Source: Planctomycetota bacterium (lineage in GTDB: Bacteria; Planctomycetota; PLA2; JAEUHO01). From it: a stretch of DNA of 44,246 nt. Each line of letters begins with the position of its first letter. Position 1 is the first letter of the stretch. The stretch spans positions 1 through 44,246 of the forward strand of contig JBFWRP010000036.1 in the NCBI GenBank assembly GCA_050248855.1. Reading direction: 5' to 3'. This document shows positions 36,830 through 44,246 of this stretch, piece by piece. The position numbers were made by a program, and so were the translations under genes. The notes beneath the pieces were generated by a model, which searched no databases, was not told where the DNA came from, and was given only the letters and a program-made list of their open reading frames with translations.

Positions 36830-38260
36830 CTACAGCGCCAGCTGCCACTGGAAGCGGAGCAGGGTCCCGTAGGTGTCGTCACCGGAGGCGTAGCCGCCGA
36901 TACCGGTGTAGGCGTCCCAGATCAGGCCCGAACCGGGATCGCCACCCTCGAAGAAGCTCACGTCGAGCGTGAACTTGTTGCCATGGCCGTTGAGGTAGTA
37001 GTTGATCGCGAAGGCCAGCTCCGTGACCGCGCCGCCGCCACCGACGGACGGGTCGAAGTCGTAGTTGCTGGCGCGAGCGGCGAGCTCCCAGGCCGTACCC
37101 GGGAAGTGGTAACCCAGCTGGGCCAGCCACGCCGTGTAGTCGATGTCCGTGCCGCTGCCGAGGATGTCGTCGTCCGTGCCCAGCGTGTAGGCGCCGGTGA
37201 ACGAGAAGCCGCCCCAGCCCAGCGCCAGGTCCACGCCGTAGCGCGTGCTGTCGGCGATCACCGTGTGGTTCTTGTCGATCCGGTCGGCGTAGTGGAAGCC
37301 CCACGCACCGATCTCGCCGTACCAGCCGCAGGTCTCCTGGGCCAGCGCGCCCTCCTGGTAGCCGATCGGCTTGGCAAACGCCCAGTTCACGCGACCGCTG
37401 AAGGCCAGGTTGTCCGAGCTGCGGTGGTCCAGCACGTTGCGGATGCTGTCGCCGCCGTCCCCGTTGGTGACCGCGAGCATGTAGCTCCACTCGTTGTTGC
37501 AGCCGAACGCGCCATGGACCATCAGGCCGTGGTCGCGGTTGCGATCCGTGTAGCCGGGCAGGAGCCCGCCCACGAAGGCCGAGGCCATCGAGATGTCCAC
37601 GAACTGCTGCAGCTCGGGCTTGACCATGAGCTGGCGCGTGGTCGGGAGGGCGATCTGGCCCATCCGGAAGTTGAGCGCATCGCTGCAACCCCACTCGATC
37701 CACGCCTCGCGCGTGTTGTCGTAGTTGTAGCTCTGGCCGAACAGGAAGATCGAGCCGAGGTTGAAGGGCGTGAAGTCGTCAAGGCGCGCGTCGAGCGCGT
37801 CACGGCCCCAATGGCCGAACTCGAGCTCCATGTACCAACGGATGTTGCAGGGCGCTTCGCCCGACAGCTTCAGCGTGGCGCGCGGCAGCGAGAAGCCCGA
37901 CAGGTCGCCGCCGAAGTCGCGGTCCGCGTCGTTGGGATCGATGATGACCTGGTTGGCCGTCCCGGGAATCGTGGAGCCGCCGCCGCTCTCGGGGGGCTGG
38001 GCCTCATCGTGGTCGAAGGACTCGTAGCGGGCCTGCAGCGTGACGTTGGCACGCAGCAGGAAGTCGCCGCCGCGGATCCAGAAGCCGTTGTCGTAGCCGG
38101 CGCTACCCGGCCCACCGACCAAGGCCACGTCGGCCGAGTCGTTCGCCAAGTAGCTGTCGAGCGCCGCCTGGACGTCGCGGGCGCTGCCATCGGCAAGCGC
38201 CGGAGCAGCGGCCAGACCCAGGAGCGCGAGGGCCGCGAGGCCCAGCGTGATGCGGTGCAT
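36830..38260 (-). CDS. Outer-membrane porin (OprO/OprP-like), paralog P1
   Basis: Signal peptide ending APALA; GYDNGF, PRATLKLSG, REAWI, MGQ, RDHGLMVHG, VTNGDG, NYYLNGH, C-terminal LRFQWQLAL. Confidence 0.8.
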   Translation of the reverse strand: MHRITLGLAALALLGLAAAPALADGSARDVQAALDSYLANDSADVALVGGPGSAGYDNGFWIRGGDFLLRANVTLQARYESFDHDEAQPPESGGGSTIPGTANQVIIDPNDADRDFGGDLSGFSLPRATLKLSGEAPCNIRWYMELEFGHWGRDALDARLDDFTPFNLGSIFLFGQSYNYDNTREAWIEWGCSDALNFRMGQIALPTTRQLMVKPELQQFVDISMASAFVGGLLPGYTDRNRDHGLMVHGAFGCNNEWSYMLAVTNGDGGDSIRNVLDHRSSDNLAFSGRVNWAFAKPIGYQEGALAQETCGWYGEIGAWGFHYADRIDKNHTVIADSTRYGVDLALGWGGFSFTGAYTLGTDDDILGSGTDIDYTAWLAQLGYHFPGTAWELAARASNYDFDPSVGGGGAVTELAFAINYYLNGHGNKFTLDVSFFEGGDPGSGLIWDAYTGIGGYASGDDTYGTLLRFQWQLAL

Positions 38261-38444
38261 GGATGAATCCTCCCGATGGAGGAGCAGACCGCGGCCTCCC
38301 TGCCTCGGTGCCCTCCTGCCGGCCTCCGCCAGCGGCCAAGAGTCTGCCATGGGGCCCGGGGGGGGCGCCAGGGCCGCCCGGGGGGGCGGGCCCCCCCGAC
38401 CATCCGGCCTCCGCGGCCATCCGATGGCCGGGGGCGGACGAGAA

Positions 38445-38475
38445 CGGGCCGCCGCGACGTGGTCGCGACGGCCCG
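38445..38475 (-). terminator. Porin-type terminator T2
   Basis: CGGGCCGCCGCGAC-GTG-GTCGCGACGGCCCG; the mismatch is a G-U pair only on the minus strand; tail TTCTCGT. Confidence 0.75.
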
Positions 38476-38502
38476 AACGCGTGCTTCAGCTGGGAATGCG
38501 CG

Positions 38503-39924
38503 CTACAGGGCGAGCTGCCACTGGAAGCGCAGGAGCGTCCCGAAGGTCTCCTCGCCGAACGCGTAGCCACCGATGCCCGTGTACGCGTCCCAGATCAGGA
38601 CCGACTCGGGGTCGTTGCCCTCGAAGAAGCTGATGTCCACGGTGAACTTGTTGCCGTGGCCGTTGAGGTAGTAGTTGATCGCGAAGGCCAGCTCGGTCGT
38701 GGCACCGCCGCCGCCGCCCGCGGGGTCGATGTCGTAGCTGCTGGCGCGAGCCGCGAGCTCCCAGGCCGTGCCGGGGAAGTGGTAGCCGATCTGGGCCAAC
38801 CACGAGGTGAAGTCCACGTCGCCACCGGCCAGGAACAGGTCCGTGACCTCGCCCATCGTGTAGGCGCCGGTGAACGAGAAGCCGCCCCAGCCGAGCGCGA
38901 CGTCGACGCCGTAGAACGTCCAGTCGCCGATGACCACGTGGGCCTTGTCGACGCGGTCGGCGTAGTGGAAGCCCCACGCGCCGATCTCGCCGTACCAGCC
39001 GCAGGTCTCCTGGGCCAGCGCGCCCTCCTGGTAGCCGATCGGCTTGGCGAACGCCCAGTTCAGGCGGCCGCTGAAGGCCAGGTTGTCCGAGGTCCGGTGG
39101 TCCAGCACGTTGCGGATGCTGTCGCCGCCGTCCCCGTTGGTGACCGCCAGCATGTAGCTCCACTCGCTGTTGCAGCCGAACGCGCCGTGGACCATCAGGC
39201 CGTGGTCGCGGTTGCGGTCCGTGTAGCCCGGCAGCATCTGGCCGACGAAGGCCGACGCCATCGAGATGTCCACGAACTGCTGCAGCTCGGGCTTGACCAT
39301 GAGCTGGCGCGTCGTCGGCAGGGCGATCTGGCCCATCCGGAAGTTGAGCGCGTCGCTGCAACCCCACTCGATCCACGCCTCACGCGTGTTGTCGTAGTTG
39401 TTGCTCTGGAAGAACGGGCCCAGGTTGATCTGGTTGAGCTCGCCCGGGTAGAAGTCGGTGCCGCGCTCGTCGCGGGCCTCGAGGGCGTCACGGCCCCAGT
39501 GGCCGAACTCGAGCTCCATGTACCAACGGATGTTGCAGGGCGCCTCGCCCGACAGCTTCAGCGTGGCACGCGGCAGCGAGAAGCCCGACAGGTCGCCGCC
39601 GAAGTCCGTCGGCAGCTGCTGGTCGAAGGGCTGACCGCCAGCGGACGTCTCGGGCGGCTGGGTCTCGTCGTGGTCGAACGCCTCGAAGCGGGCCTGCAGC
39701 GTGACGTTGGCACGGAGCAGGAAGTCGCCGCCGCGGATCCAGAACCCGTTGTCGTAGCCGGCGCTACCGGGGCCGCCGACAAGGGCCACGTCGGCCGTGT
39801 CGTGCGCGAGATAGCTGTCGAGCGCGGCTTGGACGTCGCGCGCGCTGCCGTCGGCCAAGGCCGGGGCCACGCTGACGCCAACCGCGAGCGCTAGGGCACC
39901 GAGGCCCATCACGATGCGATGCAT
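38503..39924 (-). CDS. Outer-membrane porin (OprO/OprP-like), paralog P2
   Basis: Same motifs as P1; ATG at 39924 with AGGAGG RBS. Confidence 0.8.
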   Translation of the reverse strand: MHRIVMGLGALALAVGVSVAPALADGSARDVQAALDSYLAHDTADVALVGGPGSAGYDNGFWIRGGDFLLRANVTLQARFEAFDHDETQPPETSAGGQPFDQQLPTDFGGDLSGFSLPRATLKLSGEAPCNIRWYMELEFGHWGRDALEARDERGTDFYPGELNQINLGPFFQSNNYDNTREAWIEWGCSDALNFRMGQIALPTTRQLMVKPELQQFVDISMASAFVGQMLPGYTDRNRDHGLMVHGAFGCNSEWSYMLAVTNGDGGDSIRNVLDHRTSDNLAFSGRLNWAFAKPIGYQEGALAQETCGWYGEIGAWGFHYADRVDKAHVVIGDWTFYGVDVALGWGGFSFTGAYTMGEVTDLFLAGGDVDFTSWLAQIGYHFPGTAWELAARASSYDIDPAGGGGGATTELAFAINYYLNGHGNKFTVDISFFEGNDPESVLIWDAYTGIGGYAFGEETFGTLLRFQWQLAL

Positions 39925-40186
39925 GCTTGCCTTCCTCCTGAAGGGGCGCCCCTTGGGGTCGTCCCGGAACCTTCTGCGGCGTGGCGCCCGCGCCTGGAGC
40001 CGCCCGTGGGCACCCTCCCTGGCGTCCACGCGGTCGGCAGTGTGGCACGAAAGCCCCCCGCCCTACCAGGGCTGCTGGATCGGTTGCGCAGCGCGCGCCC
40101 TTCAGGCGGGATCCGGGCTCGGAGCGTGTCACCGCCCGGTCATGTCCGGGCGGTCGAGCGCCTGCAGCCGCCCGCCCCGACGCACA

Positions 40187-40217
40187 CGGGCCGCCGCGAC
40201 GTGGTCGCGACGGCCCG
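40187..40217 (-). terminator. Porin-type terminator T3
   Basis: Hairpin identical to T2. Confidence 0.7.
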
Positions 40218-40268
40218 CGGGGGGATTGCCGGGCCGCGCGGACCCGGCGCTCGATCGACGCTCGGGCC

Positions 40269-41687
40269 CTACAGGGCGAGCTGCCACTGGAAGCGCAGGA
40301 GCGTCCCGTAGGTCTCCTCGCCGAAGGCGGAGTTGCCAATACCCGTGTAGGCGTCCCAGATCAGGATCGAACCCGGGTCGCTGCCTTCGAAGAAGCTGAT
40401 GTCGACCGTGAACTTGTTGCCGTGGCCGTTCAGGTAGTAGCTGATGGCGAAGGCCAGCTCGGTCGTCGCACCACCGCCACCCGTGTCGGGATCGACGTCG
40501 TAGCTGCTGGCGCGGGCGGCGATCTCCCAGGCGGTGCCCGGGAAGTGGTAGCCGAGCTGCGCGAGCCACGCGGTGTAGTCGATGTCCCCGCCCCCGAAGA
40601 TGTAGTCCGCCGCGGTGGCCATCGTGTAGGCACCCGTGAAGGAGAAGCCACCGAAGCCCAGGGCCACGTCGACGCCGTAGACCGTCCAGTCGCCGAACAC
40701 GGTGTGGTTCTTGTCGACGCGGTCGGCGTAGTAGAAGCCCCACGCGCCGACCTCGCCGTACCAGCCGCAGGTCTCCTGGGCCAGCGCGCCCTCCTGGTAG
40801 CCGATCGGCTTGGCGAACGCCCAGTTCACGCGGCCGCTGAAGGCCAGGTTGTCCGACGTCCGGTGGTCCAGCACGTTGCGGATGCTGTCGCCGCCGTCCC
40901 CGTTGGTGACCGCCAGCATGTAGCTCCACTCGTTGTTGCAGCCGAACGCGCCGTGGACCATCAGGCCGTGATCGCGGTTGCGATCCGTGTAGCCCGGCAG
41001 GATCCATCCCGTGAACGCCGAGGCCATCGAGATGTCCACGAACTGCTGCAGCTCGGGCTTGACCATGAGCTGGCGCGTCGTCGGCAGGGCGATCTGGCCC
41101 ATCCGGAAGTTGAGCGCGTCGCTGCAACCCCACTCGATCCACGCCTCGCGCGTGTTGTCGAAGTTGCCGCTCTGGAACGACGGACCCAGGTTGCCGAGGT
41201 TGATGAACTGGTTCGGCTGGCGCTGGGCGCCCTCGAGCACGTCACGACCGAAGTGGCCGAACTCGAGTTCCATGTACCAGCGGATGTTGCAAGGGGCCTC
41301 GCCCGACAGCTTCAGCGTGGCACGGGGCAACGAGAAGCCGGAAAGGTCACCGCCGAAGTCGCCATCGACGAGGATCTGGACGGGCGCAACCGCGAGGCCA
41401 CCGCCGCCCTGCGTCTCGGGGGGCTGGCTCTCGTCCCAGTCGAAGGCCTCGAAGCGGGCCTGCAGGGTGACGTTGGCCCGGAGCAGGAAATCGCCGCCGC
41501 GGATCCAGAACCCGTTGTCGTAGCCGGCGCTACCGGGGCCGCCGACCAGGGCCACGTCGGCCGTGTCGCCCGCGAGGTAGCTGTCGAGCGCGGCTTGGAC
41601 ATCGCGCGCGCTGCCATCGGCGAGCGCCGGTGCCGCGGCAAGGCCAAGCAAGGCGAGGGCCGCGAGGCCCAACGTGAATCGATGCAT
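40269..41687 (-). CDS. Outer-membrane porin (OprO/OprP-like), paralog P3
   Basis: Same motifs as P1; ATG at 41687 with GGAGG RBS. Confidence 0.8.
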   Translation of the reverse strand: MHRFTLGLAALALLGLAAAPALADGSARDVQAALDSYLAGDTADVALVGGPGSAGYDNGFWIRGGDFLLRANVTLQARFEAFDWDESQPPETQGGGGLAVAPVQILVDGDFGGDLSGFSLPRATLKLSGEAPCNIRWYMELEFGHFGRDVLEGAQRQPNQFINLGNLGPSFQSGNFDNTREAWIEWGCSDALNFRMGQIALPTTRQLMVKPELQQFVDISMASAFTGWILPGYTDRNRDHGLMVHGAFGCNNEWSYMLAVTNGDGGDSIRNVLDHRTSDNLAFSGRVNWAFAKPIGYQEGALAQETCGWYGEVGAWGFYYADRVDKNHTVFGDWTVYGVDVALGFGGFSFTGAYTMATAADYIFGGGDIDYTAWLAQLGYHFPGTAWEIAARASSYDVDPDTGGGGATTELAFAISYYLNGHGNKFTVDISFFEGSDPGSILIWDAYTGIGNSAFGEETYGTLLRFQWQLAL

Positions 41688-41901
41688 CCTTCCTACCTCC
41701 CACCCGATCCGCGGCTCGCCAACGACGAACGCCACGGCTCCCGGGTTTGAACGACGACGACCTGCCTCCCGAGCAGGCCGACGAGTCCGGTCATGATGCC
41801 ACCCGCCACCCGTCCGGGCGAGGGTGGATCCATCGTCACCCCGACCGATTCCATGCCACTGGATCGGGAAGTCCGATCCATACACGACTCCAAGACGCAA
41901 A

Positions 41902-41932
41902 CGGGCCGCCGCGACAACGTCGCGACGGCCCG
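41902..41932 (-). terminator. Porin-type terminator T4
   Basis: Same stem as T2 with loop AAC; minus-strand tail TTTG. Confidence 0.75.
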
Positions 41933-41982
41933 CGGTCGGCTCCCGGGAGCCTGGGTCTTCGTGCGTCAGGTGCGACGGACTC

Positions 41983-43407
41983 CTAGAGGGCCAGCTGCCA
42001 TTGGAAGCGAAGCAGCGTGCCGAAGGTCTCTTCGCCGAAGGCGTAGCCACCGATGCCGGTGTAGGCGTCCCAGATCAGGAACGAGCCGGGGTCGTTGCCC
42101 TCGAAGAAGCTGATGTCCACCGTGAACTTGTTGCCGTGGCCGTTCAGGTAGTAGCTGATCGCGAAGGCGAGCTCGGTGGTGGCACCGCCGCCGCCGCCGG
42201 CGGGATCGATGTCGTAGCTGCTCGCACGAGCCGCCAGCTCCCAGGCCGTGCCGGGGAAGTGGTAGCCGATCTGGGCCAGCCACGCGGTGTAGTCGACGTC
42301 GAAGCCCGTTCCGAAGACGTCCTCGTCCGAGCCCGTCGTGTAGGCGCCGGTGAACGAGAAGCCGCCCCAGCCAAGCGCCAGGTCCACGCCGTAGCGCGTG
42401 GCGTCCGAGATCGTCGTGTGGTTCTTGTCGATCCGGTCGGCGTAGATGAAGCCCCAGGCGCCGATCTCGCCGTACCAGCCGCAGGTCTCCTGGGCCAGCG
42501 CGCCCTCCTGGTAGCCGATCGGCTTGGCGAACGCCCAGTTCACGCGGCCGCTGAAGGCCAAGCCATCCGAGGTCCGGTGGTCCAGCACGTTGCGGATGCT
42601 GTCGCCGCCGTCCCCGTTGGTGACCGCCAGCATGTAGCTCCACTCGTTGCTGCAACCGAACGCGCCGTGGACCATCAGGCCGTGGTCGCGGTTGCGATCC
42701 GTGTAGCCCGGCAGCAGCTGGCCGACGAAGGCCGACGCCATCGAGATGTCCACGAACTGCTGCAGCTCGGGCTTGACCATGAGCTGGCGCGTCGTCGGCA
42801 GGGCGATCTGGCCCATCCGGAAGTTGAGCGCGTCGCTGCAACCCCACTCGATCCACGCCTCGCGCGTGTTGTCGTAGTTGTAGCTATGTGCGGACTCGCG
42901 CCAGAACGTCGCGCCGAGGTTCTCCGACTCGAAGTCGCCGAGGCGGGCCTCGAGGGCATCACGACCGAAGTGGCCGAACTCGAGCTCCATGTACCAACGG
43001 ATGTTGCAGGGAGCCTCGCCCGAGAGCTTCAGCGTCGCACGCGGCAACGAGAAGCCGGAGAGGTCACCACCGAAGTCCTGCGGCACTTGGATGATCTGTC
43101 CGAGGCCACCCATGATCACGTTGCCGCCAGCAGCCTCGGGGGGCTGCGTCTCGTCGTGGTCGAAGGCCTCGAAGCGCGCCTGCAACGTGACGTTGGCCCG
43201 GAGCAGGAAGTCGCCGCCGCGGATCCAGAAGCCGTTGTCGTAGCCGGCGCTACCCGGCCCACCGACCAAGGCCACGTCGGCCCTGTCGTTCGCCAAGTAG
43301 CTGTCGAGCGCCGCCTGGACGTCGCGGGCGCTGCCATCGGCCACGGCCGGCGCCGTCGCAGCGACGAGCAGGGCGAGGGCGCAGAGCGCCGTCACGAGCT
43401 TGTGCAT
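41983..43407 (-). CDS. Outer-membrane porin (OprO/OprP-like), paralog P4
   Basis: Same motifs as P1; ATG at 43407 with GGGAG RBS. Confidence 0.8.
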   Translation of the reverse strand: MHKLVTALCALALLVAATAPAVADGSARDVQAALDSYLANDRADVALVGGPGSAGYDNGFWIRGGDFLLRANVTLQARFEAFDHDETQPPEAAGGNVIMGGLGQIIQVPQDFGGDLSGFSLPRATLKLSGEAPCNIRWYMELEFGHFGRDALEARLGDFESENLGATFWRESAHSYNYDNTREAWIEWGCSDALNFRMGQIALPTTRQLMVKPELQQFVDISMASAFVGQLLPGYTDRNRDHGLMVHGAFGCSNEWSYMLAVTNGDGGDSIRNVLDHRTSDGLAFSGRVNWAFAKPIGYQEGALAQETCGWYGEIGAWGFIYADRIDKNHTTISDATRYGVDLALGWGGFSFTGAYTTGSDEDVFGTGFDVDYTAWLAQIGYHFPGTAWELAARASSYDIDPAGGGGGATTELAFAISYYLNGHGNKFTVDISFFEGNDPGSFLIWDAYTGIGGYAFGEETFGTLLRFQWQLAL

Positions 43408-43819
43408 GTACCTGTCTCCCTGTCGCGGCCCGGTCGAGCCGGGATCCCGCGGGTTGTCGGCTACCCCTCCCCGGGTAGCGGCACCCCATCATGGCACGAA
43501 CGGCCGATGGCACGCCAGGGGGGAGGATCGGTCCTCCAGGGGGGCGCCTTTACGGCGCCAAGCTCCTTTTCGGGATCCCCCGCCGCGAGCCGGCCGATGC
43601 CCAGGCGAGCGCGGATGGGCGCGCGGATCCGGGCCGAAGGCGGCCTCCTCACCTTGGAGGACCCGGACTCGAGTCCGGCCGTGGCGCAGCGAGACACCCA
43701 GTGGCCGCAGCAGGGGGGGCTTTCGGACAGACCCACGTCGCCCTGCTGGCCGAGGCTGGTCGGCCCCCGGACGGGGCCGATCGAGAATGGCGGACCCGGG
43801 CCAGGCGGTGCCACGAGAA

Positions 43820-43850
43820 CGGGCCGTAGCGATCGTGTCGCGACGGCCCG
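43820..43850 (-). terminator. Orphan porin-type terminator T5
   Basis: CGGGCCGTAGCGA-TCGTG-TCGCGACGGCCCG; loop as in T1, flank ACGAGAAC as in T2. Confidence 0.65.
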
Positions 43851-43891
43851 GAAAGGATGCGCCGGGCTCGTGGAGCCCGGGCGCCTCAGAG

Positions 43892-44246
43892 CCTGAGAGG
43901 CCAAGCCTGCATTCTGCTCAGCCTCGACCGTCGGCCTGCCTTGGCAGGCCGCGCCATCGGGCACCTGAGAGGCCAAGCAGGCATCCTGCTCAGCCTCGAG
44001 CGTCGGCCTGCCTTGGCAGGCCGCGCCATCAGGCACCTGAGAGGCTGAGCAGGCATCCTGCTCAGCCTCGAGCGTCGGCCTGCCTTGGCAGGCCGCGCCA
44101 TCAGGCACCTGAGAGGCTGAGCAGGCATCCTGCTCAGCCTCGAGCGTCGGCCTGCCTTGGCAGGCCGCGCCATCAGGCACCTGAGAGGCTGAGCAGGCAT
44201 CCTGCTCAGCCTCGAGCGTCGGCCTGCCTTGGCAGGCCGCGCCATC
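43892..44246. repeat. 72-bp tandem repeat of hairpins, at least 4.9 copies, truncated by the window end
   Basis: Units start at 43892, 43964, 44036, 44108 and 44180; internal stems GAGGCTGAGCAGG-CAT-CCTGCTCAGCCTC and CGGCCTGCC-TT-GGCAGGCCG. Confidence 0.95.

Noticed and set aside
30668..38266. 2532-aa plus-strand ORF and similar long ORFs (14316-17249, 26788-29901, 38263-39894, 39981-41750, 41824-43896)
   Set aside because: Antisense shadows of well-supported minus-strand genes, expected in high-GC DNA; no recognisable motifs.
36830..43407. Diversity-generating retroelement or invertase shufflon acting on the porins
   Set aside because: No reverse transcriptase or recombinase in the window; differences include indels and are not adenine-specific; all copies are full-length and co-oriented.
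43491..43515. Sigma-54 promoters at TGGCAC motifs (also 40043 and 36635)
   Set aside because: No TTGC at the -12 position, and the motifs point away from the adjacent genes.
43461..44245. Proteins with 24-aa repeats (PDGAACQGRPTLEAEQDACSASQV or MARPAKAGRR...)
   Set aside because: A 72-bp GC-rich unit stays open by chance; one frame runs through terminator T5; the DNA is palindromic, which points to structure rather than coding. Not fully excluded because the array leaves the window.
43892..44246. CRISPR array
   Set aside because: Units are contiguous and near-identical with no unique spacers; no cas genes in the window.

Overview
A 44.2-kb, very GC-rich bacterial chromosomal segment. The gene set (double-length UvrA, DUF1579, carboxypeptidase-regulatory-like protein, secretin-N-domain lipoprotein, OprO/P-like porins) suggests Planctomycetota/PVC, which is inference only. 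About 30 CDS: arylamine N-acetyltransferase-like protein (catalytic Cys appears as Ser), PAP2 phosphatase, VIT-vWA / OmpR regulator / histidine kinase, dtd, dGTPase, Zn-ribbon M50B peptidase, apgM-lnt-MoaD/ThiS-BNR propeller-BtuF-like run, GNAT, degenerate ferritin-like protein, DUF1275, radical SAM, a Tat-exported PaoABC-like molybdoenzyme with a coupled Cys-rich fourth ORF, uvrA and four tandem porin paralogs. No rRNA, tRNA, CRISPR, integrase or transposase was seen. The most notable signals are: (1) the porin array, where near-identical barrel blocks alternate with hypervariable loops, all three pairwise partitions occur along the gene (segmental recombination), and a fifth orphan copy of the porin terminator predicts more of the array beyond the window; (2) a dense set of non-coding repeats: four BIME-like clusters of shuffled hairpin modules, a (G)TACGG-initiated REPIN-like doublet family, a 215-bp MITE at the vWA stop codon, and a 72-bp hairpin tandem array with polar decay at the window end.
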